DNA of 52,655 nucleotides, filler included, from Bipalium vagum (Eukaryota): NCBI GenBank assembly GCA_037834085.1. It is 3 parts of 3 records of this genome, joined end to end, with 100 filler letters (N's around TTAATTAATTAA, not from the genome) between each part and the next. Parts side by side here need not be neighbours in the genome. Positions count along the whole stretch, not along the records: positions 36,739 to 52,655 come from JBBMKC010138600.1; 2 more parts are not named here. One strand, 5' to 3'. Shown piece by piece: positions 51,131 to 52,655 of this stretch (position 1 is its first letter; each line of letters starts with the position of its first letter). The notes under the pieces were generated by a model. It saw only the letters and a program-made list of their open reading frames with translations, ran no database searches and was not told where the DNA came from. The position numbers and the translations under genes were made by a program.

Positions 51131-51689
51131 AATGCTCAGAGCGCATGGTGAACCAAGATACGAGTTTCCATATACTTTTGTCTTTAGTATTTTAAGTTCT
51201 AACTTACTTAATGTAATGATAAAAATAATCATAAATTTCATATCATAAGTAAAAGTATCTTGTTGTACTGTTCTTCATGTGTTGTAAAGATATCTTCGAT
51301 CGCACGACATTGTGAAACACTTTCTAGGATCTCGATCCTTAGCCTTTTTGTCTTTAAAGTCTTGTATCTGTTTTGAGTAATGTGAAGAGGCATAGGTCCA
51401 TTTCATTTCTGTTGGAGCAATATGCATAACCATTGTGCACAACATTTCAATCGAAATATTTTGCATCAATTTATACTACTTTTTAATGATACAAGTTCGC
51501 TAATCTCTTTTAACAATGGTGACATATTAGGGTCGTCAAGTATTTTCGTCCTAAAGTTTTGTCATTACAAAATATTTAGTAATGTAAATTTATTTTTATG
51601 ATGACGTTGTTTTAATCATGTAATTTAGTATAATAATTTTTGAAATCGATTGACGTAAATTTGACGTAACAAATCTTTAGAAAACGATT

Positions 51690-51870
51690 AACCAAAAATA
51701 TAGAGTGTGGCTTTGTTTGTTATAAAAATTCAAACAAGGTGGAACGGCCGATGAATCACATCGCAATTTGTGTCAAGTATTATGAATCTGGTTGGACATT
51801 TTTGTGCCATCTGCCCTACATTACAGTGTCACGAGATCGATCAGCATTCTTTTCAAAAACAAACAGTTCA
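51690..51870 (+). mobile_element. Small mariner fragment
   Basis: Reads KFKQGGTADESHRNLCQVL, resembling the start of a mariner HTH, joined to a degenerate C-terminal piece. Confidence 0.45.
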
Positions 51871-52544
51871 AATTATGGGTAACACTAGTTTATTTTTAGA
51901 AGTCATGTTTTCTTAGTTTATTTTTAGAAATCATGTTTTCGTCAATATATGTTGATAAATTATAGTTTCTTTGCGTTTAAATAGAACTTTACATTACAAG
52001 AACATAAATCATCATAAAATTGCTATTGATATCTTGATGTATTGTCCACACTTAAAAAGGAATGGGAAATGCACGTTGAAACGAAAGGAAATTTTCCGGG
52101 AATAATCTTAACTTCTGATATACAATTAGTGAATAAGTAAATTTAATAAATGTAACATGTGGAAAAAAGAGTAACTGAAGAAAAACAGTTTTATTTGGAA
52201 TATTTGTTTACATTAATGAATACGGAACCTTGAATAAAACTGTGAATGTAATGAATGAGGAAAGATCGGAAGTATTTAAGGAGGTCATTGAAAAGGATAT
52301 AAGATAAAAAGACCTTTTTTAATTAATTTCGTTGTCAACATCTGAGACGTGACCGCTGTCAGTTGGATAGTCAAAGATTTCCAAGAGAAGACTTCATTTT
52401 TTAATAGAGATTTTGCATTGCAGTGACACCAGGAACATTTCAAGAAGTAATGACAAAGGTCATTGGTAAAATCAAAGGAGCTCTGGTATATCTATACAAC
52501 GTGATTAAATTATTTCATATATTCACTCTTCTATATCTCAGATA

Positions 52545-52655
52545 TTATAAAAAAACAATGTTATTTAGAAAATGTCTGCTTCTCTTTTCAGTAGCAAGAA
52601 CATCTCTACCCAGTAATAAGAAATATTTATTATCCTTAAAGTTCATCAATGGATT
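52545..52655 (-). CDS. Family B copy 4, 3' end (runs off the window)
   Basis: Reads NPLMNFKDNKYFLLLGRDVLATEKRSRHFLNNIVFL*. Synonymous differences from copy 1 include TTC/TTT, CTA/TTA and AAC/AAT. Whether it is intact is unknown. Confidence 0.55.
   Translation of the reverse strand, partial: NPLMNFKDNKYFLLLGRDVLATEKRSRHFLNNIVFL

Noticed and set aside
37936-51668. CRE-like TGACGTCA/TGACGT sites (~37936, 43887, 51602-51667) as cluster regulators
   Set aside because: The two full sites lie within one duplicated, probably formerly coding segment, so they are not independent evidence.

Overview
AT-rich, transposon-littered eukaryotic DNA with two 100-nt scaffold gaps. The 44-55 nt introns, RING-less MEX-3 and Merlin/Penelope/mariner relics suggest a flatworm such as a planarian (inference only). 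All readings and alignments were done by eye. Host genes: (1) a two-exon mex3-type KH RNA-binding gene on the minus strand (13411-12568 joined to 12326-10576, 864 aa) in an apparently TE-free island. (2) A Shisa-like single-pass membrane protein with exons at 34430-34180, 20286-20133 and possibly 14906-14743, split by a 13.9-kb TE-filled intron. (3) From ~37.8 kb to the end, a birth-and-death cluster of an unrecognised secreted family: signal peptide + PAN/Apple-like domain + ~175-aa unknown domain, with one 44-45 nt intron. It has two intact genes, several pseudogenes on both strands, and a second gene family (B) repeatedly co-duplicated upstream. An LTR-like repeat family (3-4 copies) carries a TATA box, short palindromes and a covarying ~75-nt stem-loop just before a GTGAG donor.
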